DNA from: an uncultured bacterium | Lineage (GTDB): Bacteria; Verrucomicrobiota; Verrucomicrobiia; Verrucomicrobiales; DEV007 | Direction: 5' to 3' | NCBI GenBank assembly: GCA_963977015.1 | Contig: CAXBMO010000006.1 | Location: forward strand, 160,001-224,000 | DNA length: 64,000 nt | In this document: piece after piece, positions 19,339 to 29,064 of the stretch | How positions within the stretch are numbered: position 1 is the stretch's first letter | Layout: each line of letters starts with the position of its first letter | Made by a program: the position numbers and the translations under genes | The notes under the pieces: generated by a model | The model's database searches: none | Seen by the model: the letters and a program-made list of their open reading frames with translations, nothing else | Told to the model about the DNA's origin: nothing

Positions 19339-20463
19339 ATGACTTTGAGTTCCTTTTCATTTCCAGCCGGCCTTCCGCGAAAGGCCCGTATTCTCTTGGC
19401 CGTGCTTCCGGCTGTTGCGCTCATTTCCTGCAATCCGGAGCCAGAGGGAGAACCGACCGAGACTTCTCGCCCGCGACCGGTCAAAGTCACGGCGATCCAC
19501 AATGGCGGATTGGCCAAGGTGGTCGAGTTTCCCGGTCAGATCGAGCCGGTTCAGAAAGCCTGGAAGGCGTTCGAAGTCACCGGACGCATCGTCGAGATGC
19601 CGGTGAAGGAAGGGCAGGCGATCAAGAAGGGGGAGGTTCTGGCCAAGTTGGATCCGCGCGACTTTCAATCGGCTCGCGACTCGGCGCAGGCGAGCCATGA
19701 GGCGGCTCAAACCATGGCGGAACGGCTCCGCAAATTGATTCAGGGCAACGCCGTCTCGCGCCAGGAACTCGAGCTGGCCGAGCGCGACCTGCGAACGGCC
19801 GAGGCTGAGTATGAGCGCGCCGCGAAAGCGCTGGAAGACACCGTGATGGTCGCCGATTTCGACGGAAACGTTGCAGAGATATTGGTCGAGGACTTTGCCA
19901 ACGTGACGGCCAAACAGAACGTGATGCTGATTCAGGACACCTCGTCGCTGGAGATCGTGATCCAGGTGCCGGAGAGCATCATGACCATCCCCATTTCCGG
20001 CGAAACCGATGCCGAGAAAGTCGCCAGCACCAATCCCGTGGTCCTCGTCAGTTCCCTGCCGGACCAGGAGTTTCCCGCACGCTTCAGCGAGTTGTCGGAA
20101 ACGGCTGATCCCGTGACGCGAACCTACGAGGCAACCCTCTCCTTCACCGTACCGGAAGATTCGCTTATCCAGCCCGGGATGACCGCGAAAGTGAAAGCCG
20201 TCATCCCCCCGAACGAACGCTCCAAGACGGAAGGGTTCCCGGTGCCCGCCAAAGCGGTGTTCTCGAACAACGAGGGCGCGGCGCAGATCTGGAGGCTCGA
20301 TCCGGCGACCTCGACGGTCTCGGCCGTTACCGTGGAACCCGGCGCGTTGGCCGAAGACACGATCGTGGTCACCGGCGATCTCGACAACGGCGATCTCATC
20401 GTGACCTCCGGCGTGCATCATCTGCAGGAAGGCCGCGAAGTGCGGATTTGGGACGCGAAGTAG
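19339..20463 (+). CDS. RND efflux periplasmic adaptor (membrane fusion protein)
   Basis: Lipobox LISC, FEVTGRIVEMPVKEGQ.IKKGEVLAKLD, ADPVTRTY, PGMTA, IVTSGVH.L.EG. Confidence 0.93.
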   Translation: MTLSSFSFPAGLPRKARILLAVLPAVALISCNPEPEGEPTETSRPRPVKVTAIHNGGLAKVVEFPGQIEPVQKAWKAFEVTGRIVEMPVKEGQAIKKGEVLAKLDPRDFQSARDSAQASHEAAQTMAERLRKLIQGNAVSRQELELAERDLRTAEAEYERAAKALEDTVMVADFDGNVAEILVEDFANVTAKQNVMLIQDTSSLEIVIQVPESIMTIPISGETDAEKVASTNPVVLVSSLPDQEFPARFSELSETADPVTRTYEATLSFTVPEDSLIQPGMTAKVKAVIPPNERSKTEGFPVPAKAVFSNNEGAAQIWRLDPATSTVSAVTVEPGALAEDTIVVTGDLDNGDLIVTSGVHHLQEGREVRIWDAK

Positions 20464-20494
20464 TCACGCTGGACGACCAACGATTTCTGTTCCC

Positions 20495-23400
20495 ATGAAT
20501 CTTGCTGAATTCTGTATTCGCCGAAAGACGACCACGCTGGTCCTGACCGTTGTCCTCCTGCTGGGCGGCCTGGTCAACTACCTCGACATGAGCCGGCTCG
20601 AGGACCCGGAGTTTACCCTCAAAGATGTCCTCGTCGTCACTCCCTACCCGGGAGCCTCGCCGGAAGAGGTCGAAGAAGAAGTGACCGACGAGGTCGAGAT
20701 CGCGATTCAACAGCTCGGCCAGCTTGAGGAAATCCTCTCCCGCTCCGAACGCGGCCTGTCCACGATCACCGTCAGCGTGCTCGAAAAATACGACAAGCAC
20801 ACCTTGCCCCAGGTCTGGGATGAGCTTCGCCGGAAGGTCAGCGACGTTCAATCCAGTCTCCCTCCGGGCGCGGGGCCATCCATCGTGATCGACGACTATG
20901 GAGACGTCTTCGGAATCTATCTGGTGCTTCATGGTGACGAGTTCTCCTACGCCGAGCTGAAGGAAGTGGCCGACTTCCTCAAACGCGAACTGCTGCTCGT
21001 CGAGGACGTCGCCAAGATTGAAATCCACGGCGACCGCACCGAGGCGATCATCGTCGAGCCGCTCTGGGAACAAATGGCCCGCATCGGCGTCGCCCCGGAA
21101 GCGATACTGGCTCAGTTGCAGGAGAAAAACCTGGTTCGCGACACCGGCCGGGTCCGAATCGGCGACGAATTCATTGCCCTGAATCCGACGGGCGAAATCA
21201 CCTCTCTCGAAGACTTCGAGCAACTCATCTTCTCTCACGAAGGCAAGCAGTTTCACCTGCGGGACATCGCCAGGGTGCGGCGCGGTTACGTCGAACCTCA
21301 GCAGGAGATTCTGCGCTACGATTCCATGAATGGCGTGGCGCTGGGAATCTCCACGATCTCCGGCGGTAACGTAGTGACGATGGGCAAGGCGCTCGACAAA
21401 CGCCTCGCGGAACTGGAAAACGACATTCCTCTCGGCATGGAAATCGGGATCATCTCGCATCAGTCGGCCTCGGTCTCCACCGCGATCAACGGTTTCATCG
21501 CCAGCCTGCTGCAGGCCCTGATCATCGTCATCGTCGTCCTGTTGGTCTTCATGGGCTTGCGTAGCGGGTTGCTGATCGGGCTCATTTTGGTTCTCACGAT
21601 CATGGGGAGCTTCGTCTTTCTGAATCCCATGGGCGTGGCGCTGGAACGCATCTCGCTGGGCGCCTTGATCATCGCGCTGGGCATGCTGGTCGATAACGCG
21701 ATCGTGATTGTCGACGGCATGCTGGTGGGGATGCGCCGCGGTCAAAGTGCCACGGAGGCCGCGATCGGCGTGGTGAAGCAGTCGGCGCTTCCCCTGCTGG
21801 GTGCCACCGCGATTGCCGTGTTCGCCTTTGCCGCGATCGGCACAACCGACAATGCGGCGGGCGAGTTCTGCCGTTCCCTCTTTCTGGTCATCTGCGTGTC
21901 GTTGTTCCTCAGCTGGATTACGGCGGTGACGGTCACGCCGCTCCTCGGCGTCCTGGTTCTCAAAGTCCGCACGGTGGAGCCCGGTGAGGAACCGAAGGAA
22001 CCGTTCAACGGTTGGTTCTATCGCCTTTACAAAGGGTTGCTGCGTGGCTGCATCCGGTTCCGCTGGGTAACGGTCCTGGTGGTTGCCGCCATGTTCGTGA
22101 CCTCGATGTGGGGGTTCGGCTTCGTCAAACAATCGTTCTTCCCGCCCTCGACTCGACCGCAGTTCCTGGTCGACTTCTGGTTGCCCCAAGGCACCCACAT
22201 CGATGTGACGAACCGGCAGGCTCAACGCGTCGAAGCCTGGCTCGCCGAGCAACCGGAAATCGGGCACGTCACCACGACGATCGGCCGTGGAGGTTTGCGC
22301 TTTCTCCTGACCTTTCAGCCCGAACTGCCGAACCCGGCGTATGCCCAGTTCATCGTGGACGTGGACGACTCGCGCTCGGTTCCCGGCTTGATCGAGCGCA
22401 CCGATGCCTTTCTCGAACAGGAGTTTCCGGATGCGCTGGGTTACGGCGTCAAATTCGAGTTCGGTCCCGGCGGCAAGGGCAAAATCCAGGCGCGCTTCTC
22501 CGGTCCGGATTCCGAGACGCTGCGCAATCTCGCGAGCCAGGCGGCGTCGATCATCCGCGCCCATCCCAACTCCAAGGCGATCCGCACGGACTGGCGTCAA
22601 CGCGTCAAGCTCCTGCGGCCCCAACTGGCCGAAGACCGCGCCAACCTGCTCGGCATCGGCAAACCGGAGCTTTCCCAGGCGATTCGTCAGGCCTTCGCCG
22701 GAGTGACCGTCGGCGTTTACCGCGAAGGCGACCTGCTTCTTCCGGTGATCATGCGGGCGCCGGAAGATCAACACAGCGACATCAACCTGTTGGAGAGCAT
22801 CCAGATCTGGAGCCCGGTCGCTCAAAAGCGGATTCCCCTGAGTCAGGTCGTTTCCGGAATCGAAACCGAGTTCGAAGATGAAATCCGGATCCGGCTCGAT
22901 CGCAAACCGATCATCACGGTCTACGCGGATCCGATCGAAGGCCCGGCCAGCGAGTTGTTTGCGGAACTGCGACCGCAGATCGAAGCCATGCCGCTGCCCG
23001 AAGGGTACGAGCTGCTCTGGTATGGGGAATACAAGGACTCCAATGACGCCAACGCCGCTCTGGCCGCTGGCATTCCCCTGTTCATGTTGCTCATGGTCCT
23101 GACCACGCTGATCCTCTTTAACTCCATTCGTCAGCCGCTCGTTATCTGGCTTTGTGTGCCGCTCGCGCTCATCGGCGTTTCCGTGGGGCTCGTCACGACC
23201 GGTCAGCCGTTTTCCTTCATGGCGTTGCTGGGTTTTCTCAGTCTGTCGGGGATGCTGATCAAAAACGCCATCGTCATGATCGACGAACTGAACGTGCAGC
23301 TCGCCGACGGCAAGGAGCCCTTCGCCGCGGTGATCGACTCCGCGGCCAGCCGCCTCCTGCCGGTCGCGATGGCTGCCTCGACCACCGCGCTCGGTATGAT

Positions 23401-23533
23401 TCCGCTGTTCTTCGACGCCTTCTTCGCGGCCATGGCCGTCACCATCGTGTTCGGCCTCATGTTCGCCACCGTCCTGACGACCATTGTCGTGCCGGTGTTC
23501 TACTCCATCTTTTACCGCGTCCGGACGACGTGA
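20495..23533 (+). CDS. RND efflux permease (AcrB/AcrD/AcrF family)
   Basis: 1012 aa, YPGASPEEVE, LGMLVDNAIV, GMLIKNAIV, RLLPV, two-fold repeated TM architecture. Confidence 0.95.
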   Translation: MNLAEFCIRRKTTTLVLTVVLLLGGLVNYLDMSRLEDPEFTLKDVLVVTPYPGASPEEVEEEVTDEVEIAIQQLGQLEEILSRSERGLSTITVSVLEKYDKHTLPQVWDELRRKVSDVQSSLPPGAGPSIVIDDYGDVFGIYLVLHGDEFSYAELKEVADFLKRELLLVEDVAKIEIHGDRTEAIIVEPLWEQMARIGVAPEAILAQLQEKNLVRDTGRVRIGDEFIALNPTGEITSLEDFEQLIFSHEGKQFHLRDIARVRRGYVEPQQEILRYDSMNGVALGISTISGGNVVTMGKALDKRLAELENDIPLGMEIGIISHQSASVSTAINGFIASLLQALIIVIVVLLVFMGLRSGLLIGLILVLTIMGSFVFLNPMGVALERISLGALIIALGMLVDNAIVIVDGMLVGMRRGQSATEAAIGVVKQSALPLLGATAIAVFAFAAIGTTDNAAGEFCRSLFLVICVSLFLSWITAVTVTPLLGVLVLKVRTVEPGEEPKEPFNGWFYRLYKGLLRGCIRFRWVTVLVVAAMFVTSMWGFGFVKQSFFPPSTRPQFLVDFWLPQGTHIDVTNRQAQRVEAWLAEQPEIGHVTTTIGRGGLRFLLTFQPELPNPAYAQFIVDVDDSRSVPGLIERTDAFLEQEFPDALGYGVKFEFGPGGKGKIQARFSGPDSETLRNLASQAASIIRAHPNSKAIRTDWRQRVKLLRPQLAEDRANLLGIGKPELSQAIRQAFAGVTVGVYREGDLLLPVIMRAPEDQHSDINLLESIQIWSPVAQKRIPLSQVVSGIETEFEDEIRIRLDRKPIITVYADPIEGPASELFAELRPQIEAMPLPEGYELLWYGEYKDSNDANAALAAGIPLFMLLMVLTTLILFNSIRQPLVIWLCVPLALIGVSVGLVTTGQPFSFMALLGFLSLSGMLIKNAIVMIDELNVQLADGKEPFAAVIDSAASRLLPVAMAASTTALGMIPLFFDAFFAAMAVTIVFGLMFATVLTTIVVPVFYSIFYRVRTT

Positions 23534-23544
23534 ACCACGCAGCC

Positions 23545-24957
23545 ATGTCTTCTCCAAACGTCATCCTCCAAAGCCTGACCGCAACGCTCGTTGGCCTTGC
23601 CCTCACCAGCTGCACCTCGCTGGTCGATCGATGGTCGCCGGAAGGAGGCGAACCGCAAACGCCGGAACGCTTTCGTCACGCCGCCGCCAATGATAGTGCG
23701 GCGGCTCCGTCCAGCGGTCCCTGGTGGAAGACCTATCGCGACCCGGAACTCAATGAGTTGATGAGCCGGGTGGAAACCAACAACCCGGACGTCATGTCCG
23801 CCCTGGCACGGGTCGATCAAGCTTATGCGGCATTGGGGATCACGGGCGCCCAGCGCTTTCCCCAAGTCGGTGGCACCGGTTCATTTACCAATCTGAAGGA
23901 CAGCGCAAACAGTCTCCGGTTCACGTTGGACCCGCTGCAATACGAGCAATACCGGCTCGCCGTTAACGCGTCCTGGGAACTGGATCTCTGGGGTAGAATC
24001 CGGGGATCCTATCGCCGCGAAGAATTCCGGTCCGAGGCCGCCCAGGCCCAATACGAAGACGTTATGCTGTCGCTTCGAGCCGCCCTGGCCCGGCAGTATT
24101 TCGCGCTGCGTTTTGCGCAACAGGAAAAGGCCATCCTGGCCGATGGCGTGGCCGTTCGTGAGGAATCGCTGCAGCTGCAGGAAACTCGCATGGCGGAGGG
24201 AGCGGGCGTCAAACTGGACGTCGCGCGGGCCCGGACCGAGCTGGAATCGACTCGGGTGCAGGCCGCGGAACTGGACCGGGTGGCCGGCAAGCTGGAACAT
24301 GCCATCGCCGTTCTCGCCGGAGAAGCGCCGTCCAACTTCACGCCGTCGAAAGAAGCGTCCCCGGTCCGTCTTCCCAAGGTTCCCGCCGGCGTGCCCTCGG
24401 AACTGCTCAATCGCCGGCCCGACCTGCGCGTCGCGGAACGCAACCTCCGCGCCGCAGCCAAGCAAGTCGGGATTCGCAAAGTCGATTTCCTGCCGCGCAT
24501 CTCCCTGATGGGAGACGGTGGCGTTGCCAGCCTGCGGACGGACAATCTCTTTGCCAGCCCGGAAAGCGTGTACCGCTCCCTGGGGCCTCAGGTCGATCTC
24601 CCGCTCTTCCAGGGTGGCGTCCGGACCTCAGCCGTGGCCCAGGCCGAAGCGGCCTGGCGCGAGGCGGTCGAAAACTACCAAAGTGCTCTCCTGACCGCCG
24701 TGCGGGAAGTGGATGACTCCCTCCTGGACCTTCAGATTCTGCAACAGCAAATCGACGCCCAGGCACGCGCCGTCGACGCCGCCAACGAAACGGCGCAGTT
24801 GTCGAAAGAGCGTTTTGATCGCGGCCTGGTCAGTTACTTCGAAGTGGTCGATGCCGAGCGCGCGCGGCTCGAAGCCCAGCGAGTTGAGAACAGTTTGCGG
24901 AGCGAGCATGCCGCAGCCAGCGTCCAATTGATCCAGGCGCTTGGGGGGAGTCTATAG
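23545..24957 (+). CDS. Outer membrane efflux lipoprotein (NodT/OprM family)
   Basis: ATG at 23545, lipobox LTSC, WWKTYRDPELN, ASWELDLWG, PSELLNRRPDLR, FLPRISL, LIQALGG. Confidence 0.93.
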   Translation: MSSPNVILQSLTATLVGLALTSCTSLVDRWSPEGGEPQTPERFRHAAANDSAAAPSSGPWWKTYRDPELNELMSRVETNNPDVMSALARVDQAYAALGITGAQRFPQVGGTGSFTNLKDSANSLRFTLDPLQYEQYRLAVNASWELDLWGRIRGSYRREEFRSEAAQAQYEDVMLSLRAALARQYFALRFAQQEKAILADGVAVREESLQLQETRMAEGAGVKLDVARARTELESTRVQAAELDRVAGKLEHAIAVLAGEAPSNFTPSKEASPVRLPKVPAGVPSELLNRRPDLRVAERNLRAAAKQVGIRKVDFLPRISLMGDGGVASLRTDNLFASPESVYRSLGPQVDLPLFQGGVRTSAVAQAEAAWREAVENYQSALLTAVREVDDSLLDLQILQQQIDAQARAVDAANETAQLSKERFDRGLVSYFEVVDAERARLEAQRVENSLRSEHAAASVQLIQALGGSL

Positions 24958-25118
24958 ACAGGCGCCGCTCACGGCTGGCAGCGCAAGCCTCCGGCTCGGT
25001 TCTTCGGTATGTTAGCGCGATCATCGCGTGCTACATTCCGGCGTCACTACACCTGCCCCGAAATGCCTCAAATCGTTTCACACGTTGATTTGCATCCATA
25101 AATCACCAAAGATCCGGC

Positions 25119-25859
25119 ATGGGAGAAACCAGCTTCACGCGCCACGACCAATTTCCGGAGACCCGCTGGACGCTCATTCGACGCGCCACGGACGCCAATC
25201 CCGAGCAAATGCGGTTGGCCTTGGAGGAGTTTTGCCGCACGTACTGGTTTCCACTTTACTGCTACGCAAGGCGTCGTGGCCACTCGGTCCACGATGCGCA
25301 GGACACCATCCAAAGCTTCTTTGTCCACTTGCTGGACCAAACCGAAAAGTTTCGACATCTCGACGCCAATCACGGCAAACTGCGATCCTGGCTTTTAACC
25401 TCACTTCGGAACTTTCTATCCAATGAACGGAAACGATCACTGGCCGCGAAACGAGGCGGGTCAGTTCCAATCCTGGCAATCGATATCGATCTGGCGGAAG
25501 AACGGTTGGGAACTTGGAACCCCGTCGCCGATGCGACGACGGCGGAGCATGATTTCGACCGTCTTTGGGCGGAAACGGTCTTGCGCCTGGCGCGGCAAAA
25601 GCTCAGAACCACGTTCGAGACGGCCGGGAAGGGCCGGGAGTATGAAATCCTCAAACCGTTCCTTACCAAGGGGACGCCCGAAGGCCTGATTCCAGAGGCC
25701 GCGGCGAAGCTGGAAAAAACAGAGGGTGCGGTCCGGATGGCGATCCTGCGGTTGCGGGATGACTACCGTGTCGCGATCCAGTGCGAGATCGCAGACACAT
25801 TGGATGTGGACGATGATGTGGAGGAAGAGGTGCGCTACCTCATCTCGTGTCTAGGGTAG
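25119..25859 (+). CDS. ECF-type RNA polymerase sigma factor (PVC kinase-associated type)
   Basis: FPETRWTLI, ALEEFCRTYWFPLY.YARRRG, DAQD..QSFF, GKLRSWL, KRGG, FDRLWA, C-terminal HTH. Directly precedes a Ser/Thr kinase. Confidence 0.85.
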   Translation: MGETSFTRHDQFPETRWTLIRRATDANPEQMRLALEEFCRTYWFPLYCYARRRGHSVHDAQDTIQSFFVHLLDQTEKFRHLDANHGKLRSWLLTSLRNFLSNERKRSLAAKRGGSVPILAIDIDLAEERLGTWNPVADATTAEHDFDRLWAETVLRLARQKLRTTFETAGKGREYEILKPFLTKGTPEGLIPEAAAKLEKTEGAVRMAILRLRDDYRVAIQCEIADTLDVDDDVEEEVRYLISCLG

Positions 25860-25920
25860 CGCAGTTTCGTCAGCAAATTGCATTTACTTTGCGGTCGCAT
25901 TGATCAGAATCTCGTTGCCG

Positions 25921-28900
25921 ATGGCCGATCTTGACAGCCTTTCCTCAGTTCCAAATCTCGACGCCTCGATTTCCGTTTCAGCCGGGGAGGTTACCTTCAA
26001 TGGCTATGAAATTCTGAGCACATTGGGACGTGGCGGGATGGGCGTCGTCTATCGTGCCCGGGACCCGAAGCTGAACCGGCAAATCGCACTGAAGCTCCTG
26101 CCATCTTCGATTTTCGCGTCAGCGGGCGAGCGGGCGCGGTTTCAACAAGAGGCGAAAGCCGCAGCCGCGATCGATCACCCGAACATCATCCCGGTTTACG
26201 AAATCGGCGAAGTCGAGGGCCAACCGTTTTTGGTGATGCGGCTCATTGAGGGGAAGTCGCTTTCCGAATGCGAAGCCGAGTTCCGGGGCCATCTTCAAAA
26301 AACGGCCCAACTCATTGCCACGGTCGCCCGCGCGGTGCAGGCCGCGCATGGAAAAGGGATTTTGCATCGCGATTTGAAGCCGTCGAACATTCTCGTCGAT
26401 GCAAAAACGGGCGAGCCGCATGTTGCTGACTTCGGCATTGCCAAGATCCTCGACGAAGACGGCGCTCCTGGTCTCACCCTCACTGGCGAAGTTCTCGGCA
26501 CGCCCGAATACATGTCGCCCGAACAAGCCAATGGCGAACGTCTCAGTCAGGCCGCCGATGTTTACAGCCTGGGCGCGGTTCTCTACCAACTCCTCACCGG
26601 GAATCTACCGATTCAAGGTAAAACGGCTGCCGACACGCTCCGCAAAATCGCCGAGGAAGTGCCCAATCGGCCCCAATTTGCCGGTGGCAAGCACGATTTG
26701 GATCTGGAGGCGATCACGATGAAGTGCTTGGAGAAGAATCCAGCCCATCGCTACGACTCAGCCGCTGCCCTGGCCGATGATTTGGAGAGTTGGCTTCGGC
26801 ACGAGCCAATTCGTGCGCGGAATCTTACGCGGACTCAGCGATTGGGGCGATGGGCGCGTCGCAAGCCAGTCCACGCGACTGCGGTAGGGCTGGCCTCGGC
26901 ATTTTTGTTGACGTTAGCGATCGGCGGACCCCTGGTGGCGCTCAATCAGAAGAGGCTCACCAAGGCCGCATTGGCTGCCGAGAATAACGCGAACACGGAA
27001 CGTGGCAAAGCCGAGCGGACAGCTGCTGAGCTTCGCCGCAGTCTCTACAACGTGGAAATGCGGGTCGCGTCTCAGGCCGCGCACGAACCGGGCGGGTTGG
27101 CGATCGTCGAGAACCTGACCTCGAAATGGGCCGGCGCCGAGGATCTAATCGGCTGGGAGTGGCGCCATTTCCGAAGCCAACTCGATCAGCCTTTCGAGAT
27201 TCTGGCCACTTCGTCCCCCACCCAGAACAGCGAACTTGCCATCAGTTCCGATGGCCGGCTCTTCGCAACGAAGCTGACAGCTCGTGGGCCCGTCTCTCTG
27301 CTCGATGCGGCCACTGGCGAACGGATCCTCGATTTTCAGGTCACGTCGAATTGGAACGCCACCATTTTGGAGTTCTTTCCGGACAACGCGAAGATTCTGA
27401 TCGGAGCCCAGCATCCTCTGCATTTCGGAGTCTTTTCGGTCGAGGACGGCCGAAAGCTCCACGGAGGAAGCGGTCAGCGTGAGGCGAATGAGATGACCTT
27501 GACCCCGGACGGGAGCCTGCTCATTCAGGCGACGCGACGAAGGACCCGGATTCTCCAAGCGTCCGATGGAAAGGTTCTTGCCGATGAACCGCATGGCGCG
27601 AACCCGACGAGCCTGGCCTTGAACCCAGCCGACTCGAGCGAGTTCCTCTCCGCCGGCTGGCAGGGGACGGTGATCCACGGACGGTTTGACCCCGCGTCCA
27701 GGAGTCTGGATTTGAAGGAGTTTCCGGCGGCGGGCATCGACACGGCCGTGTGGGAAGTCGACTGGAGCCCGGACGGCGGACACGTTGCCCTGATCAACAC
27801 GCCCGACTACTCGGTTTCGGTTCTCGATGGGGAAAACTTCGAACCGGTCTGGATTTCCGGAAGTTCTTCGGCGCCGCTCCACGCCGCTTCCTACAGCGTC
27901 GACGGACGCTTTCTCGCCGTCTCGGGAGAGGACCGCGCCATCCGGATCTACGAAGCCGGCTCGGGAATCCTGGTTTCGACCCTTCGCGGTCATTCGGGAA
28001 ACGTGTATCAGATCGCCTGGCATCCTGATGGGACGAAACTTTACTCCTGCTCCCAGGATGAAACGCTTCGGGTCTGGGACGTTTCCCGGATCGGTGAAGC
28101 GCTGGCTCTCCCCAACCGGAACTTTGAAATCTATTCGCTGGTCTGGGAGCCCCAGGGGCAGGTGCTGCTCGCCTGCAACGGTCTTCATGCGAATGCCTGG
28201 AGGTTGCAGCCGGAGGTGGATGAAAAACCCGCCTTCAGTCTGGGCTATCTGAAAGGGGCTGAGGTTTCGGTGCATCCGGACGGCGACCGGGTGGCCGCCG
28301 CCACCGAAGGGCATCTGCGGATTTTCTCCATGGAGAACGGCAGGGAGTTGGGATCGTTCGATCTGCTGAAGGACAGCTTTTTCGAGAATTGGAAGAACCT
28401 ATCCCGGATACGCTGGTCTCCGGATGGCGCCTGGATTGCGTTGAGTCGCAACTACTCGAATCTGGTCTATCTGCTGCCGGAAAACCTCGGACGGCCCGGC
28501 CCGAAATTCAGCGCATTGTCCGTCTCCAAATTCGGCGCGAGCTGGTGCTGGGCGCCGGACAGCAGCGCGATCATTTCCATTCGTAACCGGACCCAGCTTT
28601 TGCGCACGCCGCTCGATGGCGAGCCCGAGCAGTTGCTGGCGAAAACGACGGACACGATTCTCGATCTCGCCTTCGATCCGAAGGGACGCTGGCTGGCGTT
28701 GACGGGTGAGAACGTGATCGAACTGCGCGATGTGGAGAATTTCGAACTTCAGAAAACGATGATTGGCCATTCGAGCAACATCCACCAGGTTGCCTGGGCG
28801 CCGGACGGGCGCAGGTTGGCGTCGCTTGAGCAAAGCGGTGTCATCGGGATCTGGGATCCGGATACGGGGGAAGCCGTGGCGATGCTGGAGAGCCCGAACG

Positions 28901-29016
28901 GTGAGCGAATCACGGCGATCGCGTGGAGTCCGGACGGTCAGACGCTCGCGGCGGGCGATGCGACCGCGGTAACGCACCTGCTGGAGGGAAATGTAAAACG
29001 AACTTCAGTTCGTTGA
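25921..29016 (+). CDS. Ser/Thr protein kinase with TM helix and C-terminal WD40 repeats
   Basis: LGRGGMGVVY, IALK, HRDLKPSN, DFG, GTPEYMSPE, one TM helix, GH..V..W.PDG...D..R.WD repeats. ATG at 25921. Confidence 0.93.
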   Translation: MADLDSLSSVPNLDASISVSAGEVTFNGYEILSTLGRGGMGVVYRARDPKLNRQIALKLLPSSIFASAGERARFQQEAKAAAAIDHPNIIPVYEIGEVEGQPFLVMRLIEGKSLSECEAEFRGHLQKTAQLIATVARAVQAAHGKGILHRDLKPSNILVDAKTGEPHVADFGIAKILDEDGAPGLTLTGEVLGTPEYMSPEQANGERLSQAADVYSLGAVLYQLLTGNLPIQGKTAADTLRKIAEEVPNRPQFAGGKHDLDLEAITMKCLEKNPAHRYDSAAALADDLESWLRHEPIRARNLTRTQRLGRWARRKPVHATAVGLASAFLLTLAIGGPLVALNQKRLTKAALAAENNANTERGKAERTAAELRRSLYNVEMRVASQAAHEPGGLAIVENLTSKWAGAEDLIGWEWRHFRSQLDQPFEILATSSPTQNSELAISSDGRLFATKLTARGPVSLLDAATGERILDFQVTSNWNATILEFFPDNAKILIGAQHPLHFGVFSVEDGRKLHGGSGQREANEMTLTPDGSLLIQATRRRTRILQASDGKVLADEPHGANPTSLALNPADSSEFLSAGWQGTVIHGRFDPASRSLDLKEFPAAGIDTAVWEVDWSPDGGHVALINTPDYSVSVLDGENFEPVWISGSSSAPLHAASYSVDGRFLAVSGEDRAIRIYEAGSGILVSTLRGHSGNVYQIAWHPDGTKLYSCSQDETLRVWDVSRIGEALALPNRNFEIYSLVWEPQGQVLLACNGLHANAWRLQPEVDEKPAFSLGYLKGAEVSVHPDGDRVAAATEGHLRIFSMENGRELGSFDLLKDSFFENWKNLSRIRWSPDGAWIALSRNYSNLVYLLPENLGRPGPKFSALSVSKFGASWCWAPDSSAIISIRNRTQLLRTPLDGEPEQLLAKTTDTILDLAFDPKGRWLALTGENVIELRDVENFELQKTMIGHSSNIHQVAWAPDGRRLASLEQSGVIGIWDPDTGEAVAMLESPNGERITAIAWSPDGQTLAAGDATAVTHLLEGNVKRTSVR

Positions 29017-29064
29017 GTTGTTCGCCGCGCCAGTCTGTAACAAACTGAAGTTTGTTTTACGTTT

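Noticed and set aside
20396-23557. 1053-aa minus-strand ORF
   Set aside because: Antisense shadow of the RND permease.
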